DNA of 64,000 nucleotides from contig NW_024704746.1 in assembly GCF_018977255.1 (NCBI RefSeq), forward strand, positions 16,554,001 through 16,618,000, in the 5' to 3' direction. Positions within the stretch are counted from its first letter, which is position 1; every line of letters starts with the position of its first letter. The DNA is from Callorhinchus milii (taxonomy: Eukaryota). The notes beneath the pieces were generated by a model. The model saw only the letters and a list, made by a program, of their open reading frames with translations, was not told where the DNA came from and did no database searches. Positions 15,243 to 29,916 of this stretch are shown here, in pieces. The position numbers and the translations under genes are program-made.

Positions 15243-15639
15243 GAAACTTACTGCACCACAATTGTCCCAGTTGAGCTAGCTAACTGAGCTCAGAACTGGG
15301 CTGAACTTAGGATCCTTGTAGTCTATATGGCTCAGCCCCGCATTTGCCAGTACCATTATCAACTGAGCTATCAGCGGAGCTTCAATCAAAGATTTTTTAC
15401 CACTAATTCCCATCTTTTGTACCATTCCCCACCGGAAAGAATGGCACAGTCAGAGTGAAATTGTTAATCGAAATCTAAGCAGCTTATAATCAGAAAGTGT
15501 GCACGGTATGAATGGCTGAAGATTAATAAAATTCAACAGTAAAATAAACATATCATATAAATTCATTAGTCACTCAAAACGCTAATTCTGGATTGCTGAA
15601 ATCTGTGTGATCTCTCTGTTTATTGGTTTGAATACCAGA

Positions 15640-15900
15640 AAAAACAAAAGCTGTCTGTCTTGTGTGGATGTGACTTGTCACCTGTCCAGCAACAAAGGGA
15701 TTGTGTAAAATTACTGCTGAACTGACAATGAACGTATGGCATACCACAAGTACAAATGTCCTCTCTTTCACAATGACCTCATGAGAACTGTGAGCATCAA
15801 CTTGGATACCCTGGATTTGTATAAAGGAGAATGGGAATGTTGCAGTACTAATCGGCAAATCTCTTTCCAAAGGAATAATTGTGAGATTGGGTGTAGCCTT
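15640..15900 (+). mobile_element. Decayed RTE-like LINE 3' fragment
   Basis: Peptide ...F.NDL.R.V..NL.TLD....WE....NR resembles the RTE ORF end (R.KD..KRDLK.LDI...WE..A.DR). Confidence 0.4.
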
Positions 15901-17156
15901 TCACCCAGCAACCACAAGGGAAATGGATAATTGTCGCACCTCTAATTTGCTGCTAGCTTGCGCTGAACGTTTATGAATTAGTTTTGGCAGAAATGCTTCA
16001 CTGCGCAGTTTTTGCTGGTTTTAAAAAAGGGGCATCATTAATTTCAAACAGCAGGTAACTACTGGCTTGTCACATGAAATGATACATGAAAAATGTCGTA
16101 GCTGCCAATCAGAAAGAGACAACGGGGGGGAAACCATTTTACTCAAACATCTGTTCAACGGCCACAGCACGCAAATTGTGAAAAATGAACTTTTTTTTAG
16201 CAAGATTAATAAAAATGTAGTTTAGTCGCAAAAATTCACAACGGTCACATTCTGCCATGATTAATAAGGCTGATACTGCCAGCTTGAAAATTCCTTTGAT
16301 TGTTCATATTGCTGCCTAACAACCAACAGAAATTGGGAGTGCAACATGATTTTGTAAAGTTATAATGAATACGTCTTTGTACAGACACCAACATAGAGCA
16401 AGAATTTTGCAGCAGGTCAGTCAACATCTGAAAGAGAAAGATAGATTCTTTTGAAGAATAACACCCTAAAACTATCCTCAATTTCTCTTTCAGATGCTGT
16501 TCGACACGCTGTGCATTTACAATATTTTCTGCTATTTTCAATCGTCAGCTTTTTTTTAAAAAAAATTCCAATGGATAGATTTGAGTTGGAATCAGTCTGT
16601 GGATTTTTTTTTACTTTTGCTTAATAGAAGCTCAAAATCAGCAAGGTTTATTTCCTACCTCCAATTTCCCTTTTTTTTACGAAGTGGAAGCTTAACACTA
16701 AACATAGTAATGATTACAGTGAAGATTTTGTGACTGATGAGGAAGATCTTAAACTTCAAGGGGTGGGGGGGGGGGGGAGAGCAGAAAAAATTGCGATGCA
16801 AGTCTGAGAATGAATATAAAGAACACCAAATGGAAATTCAAACTAAATGAAGAAATTCAACTCTTATCGGTCTCTCATCTTATAAGATTTCTGCACCGGC
16901 GTGTAGTTTAGGGACCACAAAATCCTGGTGCAAGTAATGATACATTCACTATTCCACCTGGAAAGTTATAAGTTGTTGCCAACAATGCATTACATTATAA
17001 ATCCAGTACTGTTTTAGTGCAAGGTGTAGGCTGGAGGAGTTAAAAGGAGCTTGGATGTACATTGGGCTCAAAATGAAACTCAGATAAGTTAAAACATTTC
17101 TCACGAAGAGGATAAATAGTACCGTGTAAGCAATTGAAAGTACATAGACATATTGA

Positions 17157-17465
17157 TAATAATCCTTGCATTTGATACAGTGGCTTATAATGTCATGATA
17201 TCTCAAGCTTCATAGAGCACAGCAATATCTCACAAACAGCCATGAAGTGAATGACTAATTTTTAAATTGGGGGGGGGGGGTTGCTAGCCAGGAAAGCAAA
17301 AAAAAACTCCTTTCTCTTTTTGAATCATTGCCATGGGATTTTTATCGTCCACCTGAACAGGAAGGCAGGAGCTTGGATTCATTTTTCACTCAATGACAGC
17401 CGTTCATATAATGCAGCACTTCCCCCAGTACTGTATTGGAATGTCAACCTTGGCTGTGAACTTCA
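17157..17465 (-). mobile_element. Degenerate DeuSINE-type fragment
   Basis: Tail ATAATCCTTGCATTTGATA plus Deu-like core. Confidence 0.65.
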
Positions 17466-17559
17466 CAGTTCAAAACTGGTCTTAAATATAAGGTAAATTG
17501 TAAATGAGCTCTGCTTCCACAATTCAATGTTTGCTCTTTCTTACACCTCATTATATTCA

Positions 17560-18620
17560 CAAACAGGATGAGTTTAAGATGGTAATTTTAGGTATTATTA
17601 AAGATTGGTGTGACGAGGAGAACCAAGTAAAACAGCATGGTAAAGCAAAAGGAGCTCTCCTAGACAGTGAGAAAGATGAAAGAAATACCTTATCTCAGCA
17701 AGATGTGCAAGAATTGAATAAAATAGCAAACCAAGCCAGCGGGGAAGAATAGTACAGAAGGGGTCGAGAAAGTAAATTTGATGCATGCAAAGAACAATAG
17801 ATTTTTCTGAGCTGCAGTACAAACAGGAATCCCAACAATGTTCATTGAACGGGTACTTTTGCTCTCTTTGAATGCCTAGGCAGGCAGGCGAAACAGGTGA
17901 AATGTCTGTCATTGAAACGATGACAATTAGGCAAAAGTTCTGCAGTGATGCAATTCAACATGATTTGCATAATGTGTAATAAAGCAAATTTTAAAAATGA
18001 TGTACGAAACACTGTCTTCCTGAAAATTATGGCTTTTTTTCCACAGGTAAACGGCTGATATTCCAAATAACTGGATGGGGTGGTGGGGGGGGGGTAGAGA
18101 TATATTATGTTAAATGTTCCAATACTTCAAAAGGATGAGAGAGATTTCGAAACATGGGAATGTACAGGACTGGAAAGGAGTACTGCAGTGCATCTGGACG
18201 GTCGGCACTACCAGTTACTAGAAAGAGTGGTTGTGAGACATGCAGGTTTAGGTGGGTTAGGAACAATAATAAAAAAAAGGCTTGATAGGCCTATGGTTTA
18301 GGCTGTCCTAAAAAAAATATTTTTGTGATTTTAAATGAAGTTTGCCGACTGAATAAACACAAATACTGCACCACCAAAAAGAGTTGGATTCCAGCGGATA
18401 TAACTCAACAATAAGGATTGAGCTGTAGAAGTGATAACCTTTGCAGGAATCCAATAAATTATAGGCAGCTTCAAAAAATGGCAAACATCCAGGAAGAGAT
18501 GAGCTTGAGCCAATATATTTGAGATTACGCAGTGAGAACAAACTCTACTCAGTACATAAAATTAGGAAAAACTCAAATTCAGAGTAAATGCCCACTCACT
18601 GCTCAAGCGTGATCATGGCT
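17560..18620 (+). mobile_element. Highly decayed CR1-like RT region
   Basis: Purine-rich patches with weak resemblance to CR1 ORF2 C-terminal coding; no intact motif. Confidence 0.35.
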
Positions 18621-20419
18621 TCATTACTTGAAATAAACCCTCCCAAGTTAACTGAAAGGTAACAATTATAAGGGATCAGTTTTCTTAGTGAACTAAGGAA
18701 AGTGTGTGGTAGCAATTTAGAAATACAAGTCCAAGCAAAATTACACAAGATAAGCTACGGAGGGAACAGTGTGGATTTAGGAGTAGCAAGGGATATGAAG
18801 AAGTGAGATTCCTCTTAAACAGGATATAGAAAAACATTTAAAATACGTACAGTTCAGCTAAGAGGAGTTAGGAAAAGCTTTCGATAGAGCCACTGGGATA
18901 AATATTTTTACTCTTTCATCAAATTACAGAATGAAAGGCTAATCACTAACTGGAACATAAATGGTCTCAATCAAAACACTATAATTATTCACTGTCCACT
19001 AGTTTGATACTAGCATATGTTTTTCTTCATTGATGTTCATTGTGCATGTATATATGCATGTATTTAGATGTGCATCTATGTTTTTATGAATCTACATTTG
19101 AGGAATCCCCTAAATCAGATGGAGAAGATTGAAACAAAGAATGCATTGCTGAATAAGAAATGAAGATTAGTGGACTTTGAAAAGTTTCAAACCTCACTCA
19201 GAAATGTTTAAAATTAATGAGCATTTCAGTGGAACACATGAGATCTCAGACCAGGCTTCAAGTGGCCTTGTGGGAGAGACAGCCCAGTGTAACTCATAAT
19301 CGTGCATTTGCACTGCAAATTACACTACTCCTCACAACACTTCCTGTAGAAGCAGGGCTCCAGTCACTGGCTCAATTTCCATTTATACTGCACATTTGGA
19401 AGTGAAGCACCACCATTACAGTAGTTTATCATCATGGTCACAGTGTAAATGTAGTATTCATACAAAGTAAACTAATGGGTCAGAATGCAATAGGTGAGAA
19501 TGAATCTAAAATGTCTCAACATTTAGGACTATGATATTCATGGGAAAGGGGGGAGGCATGTATCTACAGCTCTTGTTTGTCTAATGATTTGGAATAGATC
19601 CATAATCCTTAGTGGTCTCTGAAACCTCTGTGCATTACAATATTTGTTCCCAAATGTCTGCTTTTACGATGCATTTGTTGAATTCATTTAAATAGCCATC
19701 TCTGATGCCATTCCACTCTATCAATTGTCGTGCACAATAGACCAAAAAACTTTGGCAAAGGCTGAAATCAGCTATGAAAGTTCTACACATTGTGTGCAGT
19801 GAAAGCTGGCAAGGAACATTGTAATGTAAGTATTAATAATGAGGATATCAGGAAAGAATTTCACTTCAATTTAGTCAATGTTAAAGACTGAATTTTCAGT
19901 GGTAGGGTGATGTAAAGGATTTATTAATGAGCTATTGCTGAAAAGAAACGGGAAGGCTAATAAGTCAAGGAACAGATACTGAGAAGGGCCACATAAAAGA
20001 TTTATAGATTGTGCAGGTACAAATAGCCTGGCAAGTACGAAGATGTGGAGGCAATAACAAAACATCAAACACATACGCTTACCAGAGCTCTGCTAATGCT
20101 CTTATCTTGTCATCGGGTCAAGCATCTGATGTGAAGGAGGGCTTTTTTGAGCTCAGGACAAGCTACCCATGCTATATATTATCTTTAAATGTAAAATTAG
20201 TTTTATGTGATTTTCCTGTGTTTATTTTGGATATCAAATTTGATTTAATTTGTATCCCAACTCCCAAATATTTAGATGCAAAACAACCACAAGTCAGCGC
20301 AGACCAGTAAAGATAGGCTGATTTTCCATCTCGAAGCTATTTTTGCAGAAGTCTGCCAAACCTATGATGAATACTCTGTGCATGCCTCGTAAAACAAGAG
20401 TAGGGTAAAATAGTCTAAC

Positions 20420-20590
20420 CTGCTCTCTTCCCACTCATTGAGAGTGGGGAAGGTACCCCTGGAATCTGCTGCAAATCTGTAAACCACTAGCAGGCAGTCT
20501 TTGCAAAGCTGCACCAGTCTGTGACAACACTGTAGTTCCTGAGAAGTGATCACCTCTGTGCTTTTGCTGAAAATTGTTTCCCAGGAGGTC
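20420..20590 (-). CDS. TTLL7: TTLL7 exon 16/17 (TSWETIFSKSTEVITSQELQCCHRLVQLCKDCLLVVYRFA...EWEESR)
   Basis: LQCC.RLV.LCK.CLLVVY motif. Acceptor caacag, donor AG|gttaga, 171 nt. Confidence 0.96.
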
Positions 20591-22710
20591 CTGTTGGCAT
20601 AGAAACAGACATAGCCTCATGTATTATCTGTTAAATGTCACAGTGTTACAGACTAGCACTTTAATAGCATTGCAAAAATAACACAGTCATAACAATGGCA
20701 CTTATGGCAAAACAGCACATGGCTTTAAGCTATTAAAAGCAGTTCAGATAATCCAACTCCACAGCATGTGACCTGAGTTTACAATGCAATGCTGACAAAT
20801 GGAAGGGATAAAAGTCTGAAAAAAGTTAAGCCTGATTCATATCCATGGAAAATGCTTTTTATGAGCAATTTTTCTGAACTTTCTTTTATTAAAGGATGGA
20901 GAATAATAATTCTGAACGTGACTTCCAGCCAATCACCAGCCAACATTTATATCATCAAGACTGCACAGCCAAAGGTCCTTCCTGCCCCCTGAAAATAACA
21001 CAAGAATGGACAGGACCGCAAAAGGGCATTATTATCCACCTGAATGATCCTGAAGTTTAAAAAGAATCATACCTTCATCTACCTGTAAGGACTATTGTTC
21101 TAGATATTCCCCAAATTTAACCTTTTTTGTGTTTAAAAACATGTTTCCTCTGATGTCTACCTTTTTCGGCAGAAAAAAATGGGACACTAAAAAAAATGGA
21201 AATATCCTGTTTTTTTATTTTGTGAACAAAAAACGATGGTTGTTATCGGTCTGTTATATTTCTTATTGATTTCGTTGTCAAATTGTTATCTAGTTCCTTC
21301 CTTTTTACTTAAGAGTTTGCACAGGTCTGAATTCACAGTATTTACACAGCCCACTAAGAATGCTTATGACTGCAATAAAATGTCACTTTTGTGCCTTTGT
21401 ACACACTTGCCTCTGAAGACACTAAGAATTGTAACATTTCATCCAATATCTGATTTGGTTGATCAATTGAACAATGGGGACACCTCAGAAATATCATGGT
21501 GAAGTTTAGTAGCTGAATTGGCACATAAGGGTTCTTTTGTTGAGACATTTAACAAAACAGTTGTAGAGAATTCAATGACAGTGGATAAGTGGAGGTAAAC
21601 AGGCCAATTGCTCATTTGCCAAATGCTCTTGTTTTGTATACTGTGGGATTCTTGCTCTTTACTGAAAATAAGCTTTTTTCAGAAGGAAAAGTTGGAGAGT
21701 GAATAGTGAAAAATTAATTTCTTCAAAGAGCATCTTCACTGGCACCCTTAAAATCCACATCCATTTGCTATATAAAAATATTAATACAATGCAGATGTCA
21801 GAAATGAAGACCCACATTTTCCAGGGAACTCTCCTAGATTTTGTCAGATAAAACAGAATTGAACATGTCTGAACATTTCTGTCACTCTGAGGAGTTTATT
21901 TTTAGGTAAAGATGTGCCAGAGTGCTGGCAATTATAAATTAAGGCATCCGATGCCAGATGAAATTCATTTGGAGGTTTCGGTGTCTGCTCTCAAGCTTTC
22001 AGTTAATGGATTTGTTTTAATCATCTTTTAGCTTTAAAAGACCGCAGTGTAATGTGATCTGGGTGTAATGGTGGAACGCCATGTAAATCAGAGGGCTGTG
22101 TGCAGCCTCTGGGTGAAATTTCTCCTCTCTCTCCCCTCCCCACTACACATAATAAGTCAATAGGAAATGCAGGTATTATTGCTCTGAACTCTCAGCTTAG
22201 TTGTCATGATGAGGCACAGAACTGTGCCCAGGTGACTCATACACAGTATTTGATGGAATAAATCCACAAACGAATAAGGAAAGGACCAAAAACAAAGTAT
22301 TTTGGGGTGACTTATCTACAGAGGAACACCAATATCCATGTCTTGATTACTTACCCTCCCGATTATTCCGATGGTCTAGGGGTGAGATGATGATTTCTCT
22401 GCTTTGGGCGAAAGTCTACCGAAAACCACACTAACTACTATCTCCGTCTCAAAAAATTGAATGGGAGAAAAAAACAGACTTCTACTCCAAAAATCCTGAA
22501 TATTGTGGTGTCTGTTTTATGTTTCCAAATTGCTAAACACAGCACTTACTAATGTAATAGCTAGTCCAAGCGGGATAATTAGCAGCTCTCCCCACTCTAT
22601 GGTCAACACAACAGAAGAAGTCAGAGGTTTTTCTAGGGAGTTAAGAGTTTAGGAATGCCAGATTTCAAAAGGTACATTGCAAAAGGATTTGGTTTTAAGC
22701 TTGTCCCCAC

Positions 22711-22716
<6 letters not shown>

Positions 22717-22742
<26 letters not shown>
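22717..22742. repeat. (CA)13 microsatellite
   Basis: Directly visible. Confidence 0.9.
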
Positions 22743-22954
22743 TTTTGTCCAATTTAATCCAAATAGTTTATCAAAACATGAGAAATTTCCACTCACTGAT
22801 TCCCGTCATCACATGTATTTGACCTTGAATGGGTTCTATTTTTCTAGTAAGTATACATACACCTCAATAATTTTCTCTGTCCAGACGGACTGCTTCATAT
22901 CAACACAATGTTTACATGAGACCCTTGGAACACTGCTATGCTGCTGACACCTAC

Positions 22955-23115
22955 CCTGAACTGGAGAAACAGTTCCATAGTCCTTGCCCGTGGCTCCAGA
23001 GCAAGCGGTTAAAAACCCGATTAAATATCCGATATAACCGTAAACTGTCCACATCGTGAATCTTCCACACTCGCTGCAGGATGGAGCGGACATTTGTTCT
23101 TACTATGTCCAAAAC
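22955..23115 (-). CDS. TTLL7: TTLL7 exon 15/17 (VLDIVRTNVRSILQRVWK...RIFNRVFNRLLWSHGQGLWNCFSSSG)
   Basis: Matches the TTLL7 C-terminal domain. Acceptor ggcag, donor GG|gtaggt, 161 nt. Confidence 0.96.
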
Positions 23116-23914
23116 CTGCCAAACAAGTTCAGAGAGACAGCAAAACAGTTTAATGCTTACAATTAGGTTTGATTATCCTCTCATTAGCTTCTCTTCAAGT
23201 CTGAGTAAGTATATCATTAACATTAAATAGAGGAATAACATGCCACTGCATTTAACCACTCATTTTCAGATTACACACTGCGTATCTAATTAAGTAATCT
23301 CACTCAGTTATACAAGCAAAAAGTGTTGATCTTGCTTTATTTTTGTGTGCTCATTTTCCCCTTCATTACTGCCATCCCAGTTCTGCATGGGAACAGATGG
23401 GGGCTGGAGAGAATTAATTTTCATACAGCCTCTCTCAGACACTCTCAATATTGTTCACATCAGCACAAGAAAGGGGTTGATTTTTTCTTTCAGAGGGACA
23501 GAATTCCTCCTAAAACTAAGCCTAGGTAGAAAGCAGGCAACTTGGTCATGGAGTCCGAAAATGTGAGGACACAGAGAAGGACAGAGCAAAAACATGACAA
23601 AACTGAATAGACCCAGCAATCGGTGTAGGCAAAGCTGGTAGGCTGTGGCAATAGAGTAGAGCAGAGAGATTACAAGGTCTCAACAGAAGCAGAAGTTATG
23701 ACAGATACTCAGATACTAAAAACAGATCAAATCACAGATAGAGGGGAGAGAATCATTTATGTGTATTTTTTGGTTATCGTAAGTTTTATAATTAAGAGTT
23801 ATCAAAAGACTAATAGCCATCACAAAAATAAGATGCAACTTTAGTGAATACTGTTGTCATTCTATAAACTTATAATTTATCAATGATTATACAGTAATCA
23901 CTGTTGTGTCTACG

Positions 23915-24170
23915 TAATAATAATAATAATAATCCTTGCATTTGATATAGCGCTTTTCACGTCGGGAGGACGTCCCAAAGCGCTTCACAGAACACACTGT
24001 AAAGTGAATTGACTGTATATTTGTGGGCGAACGCGGCAGCCAATTGCGCACAGCAATGTCCCACAAACAGTCGTAGACCGAAAATGACCAATTTATTATT
24101 GTTTTTGGTTTTGGAGGGATTATTATTAGGCTCTGTGTGGAGTAAGGAAACTTGCCCAAGGTTTCGCCCT
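23915..24170 (-). mobile_element. 5'-truncated SINE of the young family
   Basis: Nearly identical to the tail-to-middle part of the 53174 copy. Confidence 0.9.
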
Positions 24171-26432
24171 CTGCCACGTATACATGGAAAAGAGAAAAAC
24201 TTGCCATTGGCTTACTTAAATAATCAATCCTTGAGCACTGCTAATGCATGTACAGTAAATGCTAAATCCCTGTTATTATGTCCTATCAGTGATTCAGTAA
24301 TAGACTTCTTTTGTGAAGGGCGTTTGCTTCAAACGATCAAAGTTGCTTTTGGTGGCATTGCTGCAGTCCACGTAAGTATAGTGTTGTAGGATTTAACTCC
24401 ATGGCCTCCATGCTTGCAATGTTATTCTGAGCTACCTGTTGTGCTGAGAACTGAATTTTTTCTTGGTACTTGATATGGAATTGCACTCAACCAAATGGGA
24501 AAATGAATACCTTGTAATTAGAATCTGTTTGCTGTGAGTGGCTTCAGTTTTCAGTGACATATGTGCACAGGCAGAACTGTAATATTCTCTGCACACTTCC
24601 AGCTGCATGGCATATATACAATATATATATATTTGTTATTAATATTGAGGAACACTACAAAACTATAAAATACTCAAATCTTTGCTGGGTGACATTTCAA
24701 TGTCATATTATGGGCCGCCGAAAGACTTTACTGGAATCACCTAATCTAAGAATAAGTCCAGCCTTTGCCATACTGAAGAGAAGTCTTCAGACAACAAGTT
24801 TAGATTGTACAATGTACAATATTCTGAGGAATTATTTTTCCTGTGTTCACTGTTAAACAGCATGTGACATACAAACACTGAAATGTGAGTGCACTTTGTA
24901 AATGTTATGATACAGCCATAACCCTTCCATAACAGTGGTGATGCAGTCAAGTATTTGAATAGGCTTCACTCCTTCTGCTTTTAAGAGTTGGATTTGCTGC
25001 ACCAGACCTTGGTGATGCAAAGTTTTCTGCTACTAGTGCACTACAGTACATGATCCTCAGATGTACTGGTATTCCCAGAAATCGCCTATAAACTTGCACC
25101 CTAATGTCACACTTATTAATGTTTCAGCGTGAATGTCAGCACACAGCCAGCGCAAAGAATCAACAGCAGTGAGCCCAAAACAATAAAAAAACGGCCCATA
25201 ACACAAACAATATTAAAAAGCAACAGATACCCCGGGTGATTTCAAGGCAGTAATCAAATCTTGGGAGTTCAAATGATGGTTATAAAATACTCAAGCTTCG
25301 CTCTGGTGGTTTATGATGTAACCTGATAGTCTTTTGATTAGATTACAATCTTGTGGTCACTCCCAGCTATCCATTATTCCTTCCTTTATGTGGCACAGGT
25401 AACGTTATGCGTCTTGGTGGTCATTTTACAACCTCAGTATATCAGTGTAAAATGAACACAGGCCAGGGAAGTGGGCTATCACATTAGTTTTGCTTTCTCT
25501 ATCCCTTTGAAGGGGAGACAGGAGGGGAAATCAGGTGGCAATGTAATCGCACCTGTTTTGCTTTGGAGAGAAACCAGTTTTGACTTTGCTTCATAAAATT
25601 AAGATTTGAAATAGTATCACGGAAGGAAAAATTGGAAAGTGTGTGCTTGAAACACCCTACTTCATTAAACTGCATCAGTTCCCCCAGTTCACATTCTGGA
25701 CCCCCTAAGCCTTGGCTCTTGCCAACCTGTAACTAAATGACGTAATTGGAGTGCCTCTGTTCTGAAGAGAAAAAGTGCATTCCAAACCAGACACATGGAA
25801 ACTCTAGATATCTGGAACTCTCAGTAGTTTTGTTTGCAGATTCTTAAGTATTGTGTGATAAGTTTCCAAGCGTGCAGGGTACCTAGCTGCCAAAATAGAG
25901 GAAAAACCTGGAAGTTGTTCACTTAAAAGTGCTACTTCTGGTGATATTCAATGGCCCCACTGTTAATCAGCCAGGATGCAATGTGCCACGAAACATTATA
26001 CTGTACATTTGAAGCAGCATTGTGCTTTTTATTCTCAATTTATATTCAACATTGCAGGACTGATCACTTCACTCTATGAACAGCTGTTCTTCCAAGATAT
26101 TTCACAAGATGATAAAAGCCCTTTGACTTCACACAACTCAAAAATGGACCAGGCACTCTGCAAGCAGTGTCCATTAAATATATACAGTCCTTACTGCTAC
26201 AGGAGTTTCAGCTAGCTGTGGAAATCAAGAGTTCTACTTGCACAATCTTCCGTGCTCTTGATACCATTTCAACAGCATATTAAACTTTACTAGCTCCTAT
26301 ACAGCTTCCAGATGTTGCACTCAGGAAGCTAAGCAACTTGTGCACAGACCCTGTCTGCTTTGCAGTGAACCAGAACTGATGCCTGGTTAATATCCTCATA
26401 AAAATGTGCCCCATGGCCTTTATCTTTGTTTA

Positions 26433-26512
26433 ACTGTAATTGTTCACCTCCCCACCCACTCCAGCGGCATTGTCATCCCGGTGGAGTAGGTGGGGAGGTG
26501 AACAATTACAGT
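26433..26512. repeat. Inverted repeat, 31-bp arms (30/31 match), 18-nt loop
   Basis: ACTGTAATTGTTCACCTCCCCACCCACTCCA ... TGGAGTAGGTGGGGAGGTGAACAATTACAGT. Confidence 0.95.
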
Positions 26513-27934
26513 AACGTTTTAAAACATCCTAACCTCTTACCAATACTGGGGAGACAATGCCCTTAGGCAGCAGACAGAGAAGGGAATTTGTTGCATATTT
26601 TTGCATGATAACAATTTCAACATGTGTGATCTTACAATGTCTTAGATCTTAGAAAATACAGCTTTTGTGTTCGTCAGGCTGTTGAGTCCACCAAGAAGGT
26701 AATTTCTTCACACTGAGCTTCCAATATCCATCAAGAGTGTTTCTTTACTCCCAACAGGGGCTCAAAAGTATGGACAGTGTTTTATTATTGCCATGTACTG
26801 ATCTACCAAAATGTAAATTAGGTAATAAGAGCGTCTAAAGTGCAGGTTGGACTAAAATATGGGATGGGCTGAAACATGGATTGCCTTTTTATAAGGATTA
26901 CAGAATCATCTTTTTACTGGTGGTTAATTTCATAATTGAGGGCACTATCTGCAATTAGATAAGGTTACTCTGTGAGCTGTCCGCCCGACCAGCACGGGTT
27001 ATAAAAGTATGTGGTCACATCAAAGTGGTTATTCTGCAAATACTGCACTGTCCACAAGATGTGGTCAGCACCCTGGGACGTCTTCCCGACGTAAAAGGCG
27101 CTATACTAATGTAAAATTTGTATTGTATTGTCTGACCCAAAGAAGCAATAAGAAGTTGAGTGACCTTTAATTTTACAGAAAGCTGATTAATGCAAGATGG
27201 TAAATATTTCGTATACTCCAGTACTGTATTCCTATTGACACACTGCAATAAAAGCAGAAATCCACAAATGTCAATTTTCATCTGCTGACTAGCAAACAAA
27301 ATGAAAGGTTGATCTGCAGAAAGCAAGGCAAACAGGGGGGAAAAAAAATGGTGAGCCCTGGGTAGACTTTATCCGGTGCGGGAGAGATTCACGAAGCAAT
27401 GACTCCATGGCTGTGACATATGACGTAAATTTACCTTGGCAAATGTTGCCCAGCAGGGCTGGCAGGAGCCTGATATTCCAGCAGTGCGTGAAGGATGGTG
27501 AACAAAGAATGGATTTTATCTTTCATTTGGCTGGCTAGTTCTATTGTCAACGGGAATTGATGAATGGGCCAGCAGCGCTCAACCCCGGCTCAATTACTGT
27601 ACTGAACAGACTCTCTGACTCCAGTAACACAGAATGCTATGAAATGGGTTCCTAGAAATTAACCCTTCCCTGGAAGTTATAGAGCATAATACAAATCGTC
27701 TTGTCCTAAAATAGGCAACCACGATGCCAGCCAGACTCGCAAAAGCACTGAGGCAAGATGCTATCACTATAAATAATAGTGATGTGTGGGACAGCAGAGA
27801 GCGTGTGAACTGCTTCCGAACTGTCCTTACATTTAAAAAAAAGACAAACCTGGAGTCCGAGGTGATAATTTCCAAGGTTTCATGCTGTTCTGATCAATAC
27901 AGAAGACTTGCATAACTTCCTTTGACTTTCACTG

Positions 27935-28140
27935 AGAATTAATGGGGAATTTCAGGGCAGATACCAGGAAGTTTTCTTTACCCAGAGGATAAGTAACGGC
28001 AGGTTGCCAGGAAGGTAGGTTTAGGCCAGGACACTGGACTCGTTTAAAAAAAACAACTTGATGTTGTGATGGGAGAACAGTAGGGTGGGTATTCTGGAAG
28101 AATAAGATCAGATGGACCAAAGAGCCTTCTTCAGCCGAAC
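27935..28140 (+). mobile_element. Old CR1 3' end
   Basis: Decayed FR.D.RKF.FTQR...TLDSFKKQLD coding and GATGGACCAAAGAGCCTTCT 3'UTR motif. Confidence 0.65.
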
Positions 28141-29569
28141 TAATCCAAGCATTCCGGATGCTACCCCGAGCGAAGGGCGCTATATAAATGCAAGTTGTTG
28201 ATCTTAATCTGAAAAGGAATTCATCTTAAATAACAAAGGATGTTCTCCTGGCTTAACCGCAGAAATTTCGTTCACTGCTTCAGTGAACCAACTTATTTAG
28301 CATGCAAAACTGGGGGAGGTTAAACTGGTTGCTTTTGGTGAGTGGCAGAATTCACCATAAGGGTTAAAAGCATTAAAACAATTTGGTGTCTACCGCCTCC
28401 TGTTAAGAGGACAGTCAAGACAAAACTGACTTGCACTTCAAATGAACCATTAGCTCATTATAAAGAAAACTGACATTAACCATTAAAAAATAAATTATGA
28501 AATGTAAAAGAATCGATATCCAGGCTGTTGGTTATAACATTATAAGTACTTCAATGTTTAAGTATTCCCTCTGCACTCCTCCACTCTGACCATGGTCATT
28601 TTGTGTTTTCTAACTACAGAAAGAACAGATTTCCACTATTGATCCCAAAGTGAAAGGCGCTATATATATGCAATTTGTTGTTGTTGTACAGTGTTACTCC
28701 CTAGCATGTTGGATGGCACTATCAATCCTCTGAACTGCCTCACGTAAGAAACTGTTCTTTAAAAACGGATTAATGGCGTCCACCACAAATAGAGAAAACT
28801 TACCATCAATAACTGCCTGACTGGGAATCAATTACTTTAAGCCAAAGAATACTTGTGACACCAAGGGACTTAATTTGACTGCACTTCGGCATTCCATACC
28901 CTGATGTCGGTCACTGGGTTGCTTATTTTTATAAACTTTTTCTGCACACGTTGTCTGTATTTATTCTACAGACAGACTGGTGATCTCACCGCCTGCAGGC
29001 ACACATGTGAAAATCCAACCTCATCATTCACACATGTAAAGGGCTGGCAGGCTTCCAGAATCCTTTTAAAGACATGCTTATGGCTCTACATGAAGCTTAA
29101 TCTTACAGACAAACAGAGCATCTTTCTAACCACAGCCGGTTCCAGGTGTTTTCTCAGTCACACGAAAAAAATGTCATAACTCACTCTCTCCAGCGCACTC
29201 CTGGGTTGCACATTACGTGCGAGTCTTTCACACATAAGCAGAAGCTGCTGGAAGTTTGTGTCCCTGGGGAGATAACCTGTTTTTTTTTGTGTGTGAATAC
29301 ACTGTGCAGCAGGGGATAATGAATCGACAAATTAACCCCAATGTCAAGCTCACAGAGCATGCCGGTGTTTTCTAACAAAAGCAAGTATAAAAATAATTTG
29401 CATCTATTTACCGATGGTTAAAAGTAGAATCGCAGGAATCTACAGAGGAAATTGAATATTTTTGCATTTGCAACATTAACTGAACAGACTATTTCATATA
29501 AAATCCTGTGTCGGACCCTCAGTTAAAATGACATCTGTGGCAATCAACAGTGCCAGTATTATTGATCTA

Positions 29570-29916
29570 CAGGGTGTTCACAAAGTCCTGTTACCCACTT
29601 GTTTTTTCTCTTACAATTAATTTTTATTTTCTGTTGCAGATGAGTTAAGTGTAACATTGTCTGATACCAGTTTCTTCCTCGTCCCTCACTCCGTATCATA
29701 GCCGATGTCGCACCGTACATGGTGATGGATCACTATCTGCCATGAAAACAACGGTGCTCACACCGAACCTCTGGACGTCTAAATAAAAGTTAAACTTGTA
29801 CTGAATACAATTAAATACTTCTAAATACAATTCTCATCATTCTTCCACACGTTTCAGTTGTTGGTCAGTGTACTATGTGAAAAAAAATAAGGTAACAAGA
29901 CTTTGCAACCACCCTG
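29570..29916 (+). mobile_element. Non-autonomous Tc1/mariner element (MITE) with TA target duplications
   Basis: TA|CAGGGTGTTCACAAAGTCCTGTTACC ... GGTAACAAGACTTTGCAACCACCCTG|TA. Internal remnant ICHENNGAHTEPLDV* (29735-29782) resembles a mariner transposase C-terminus. Confidence 0.85.
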
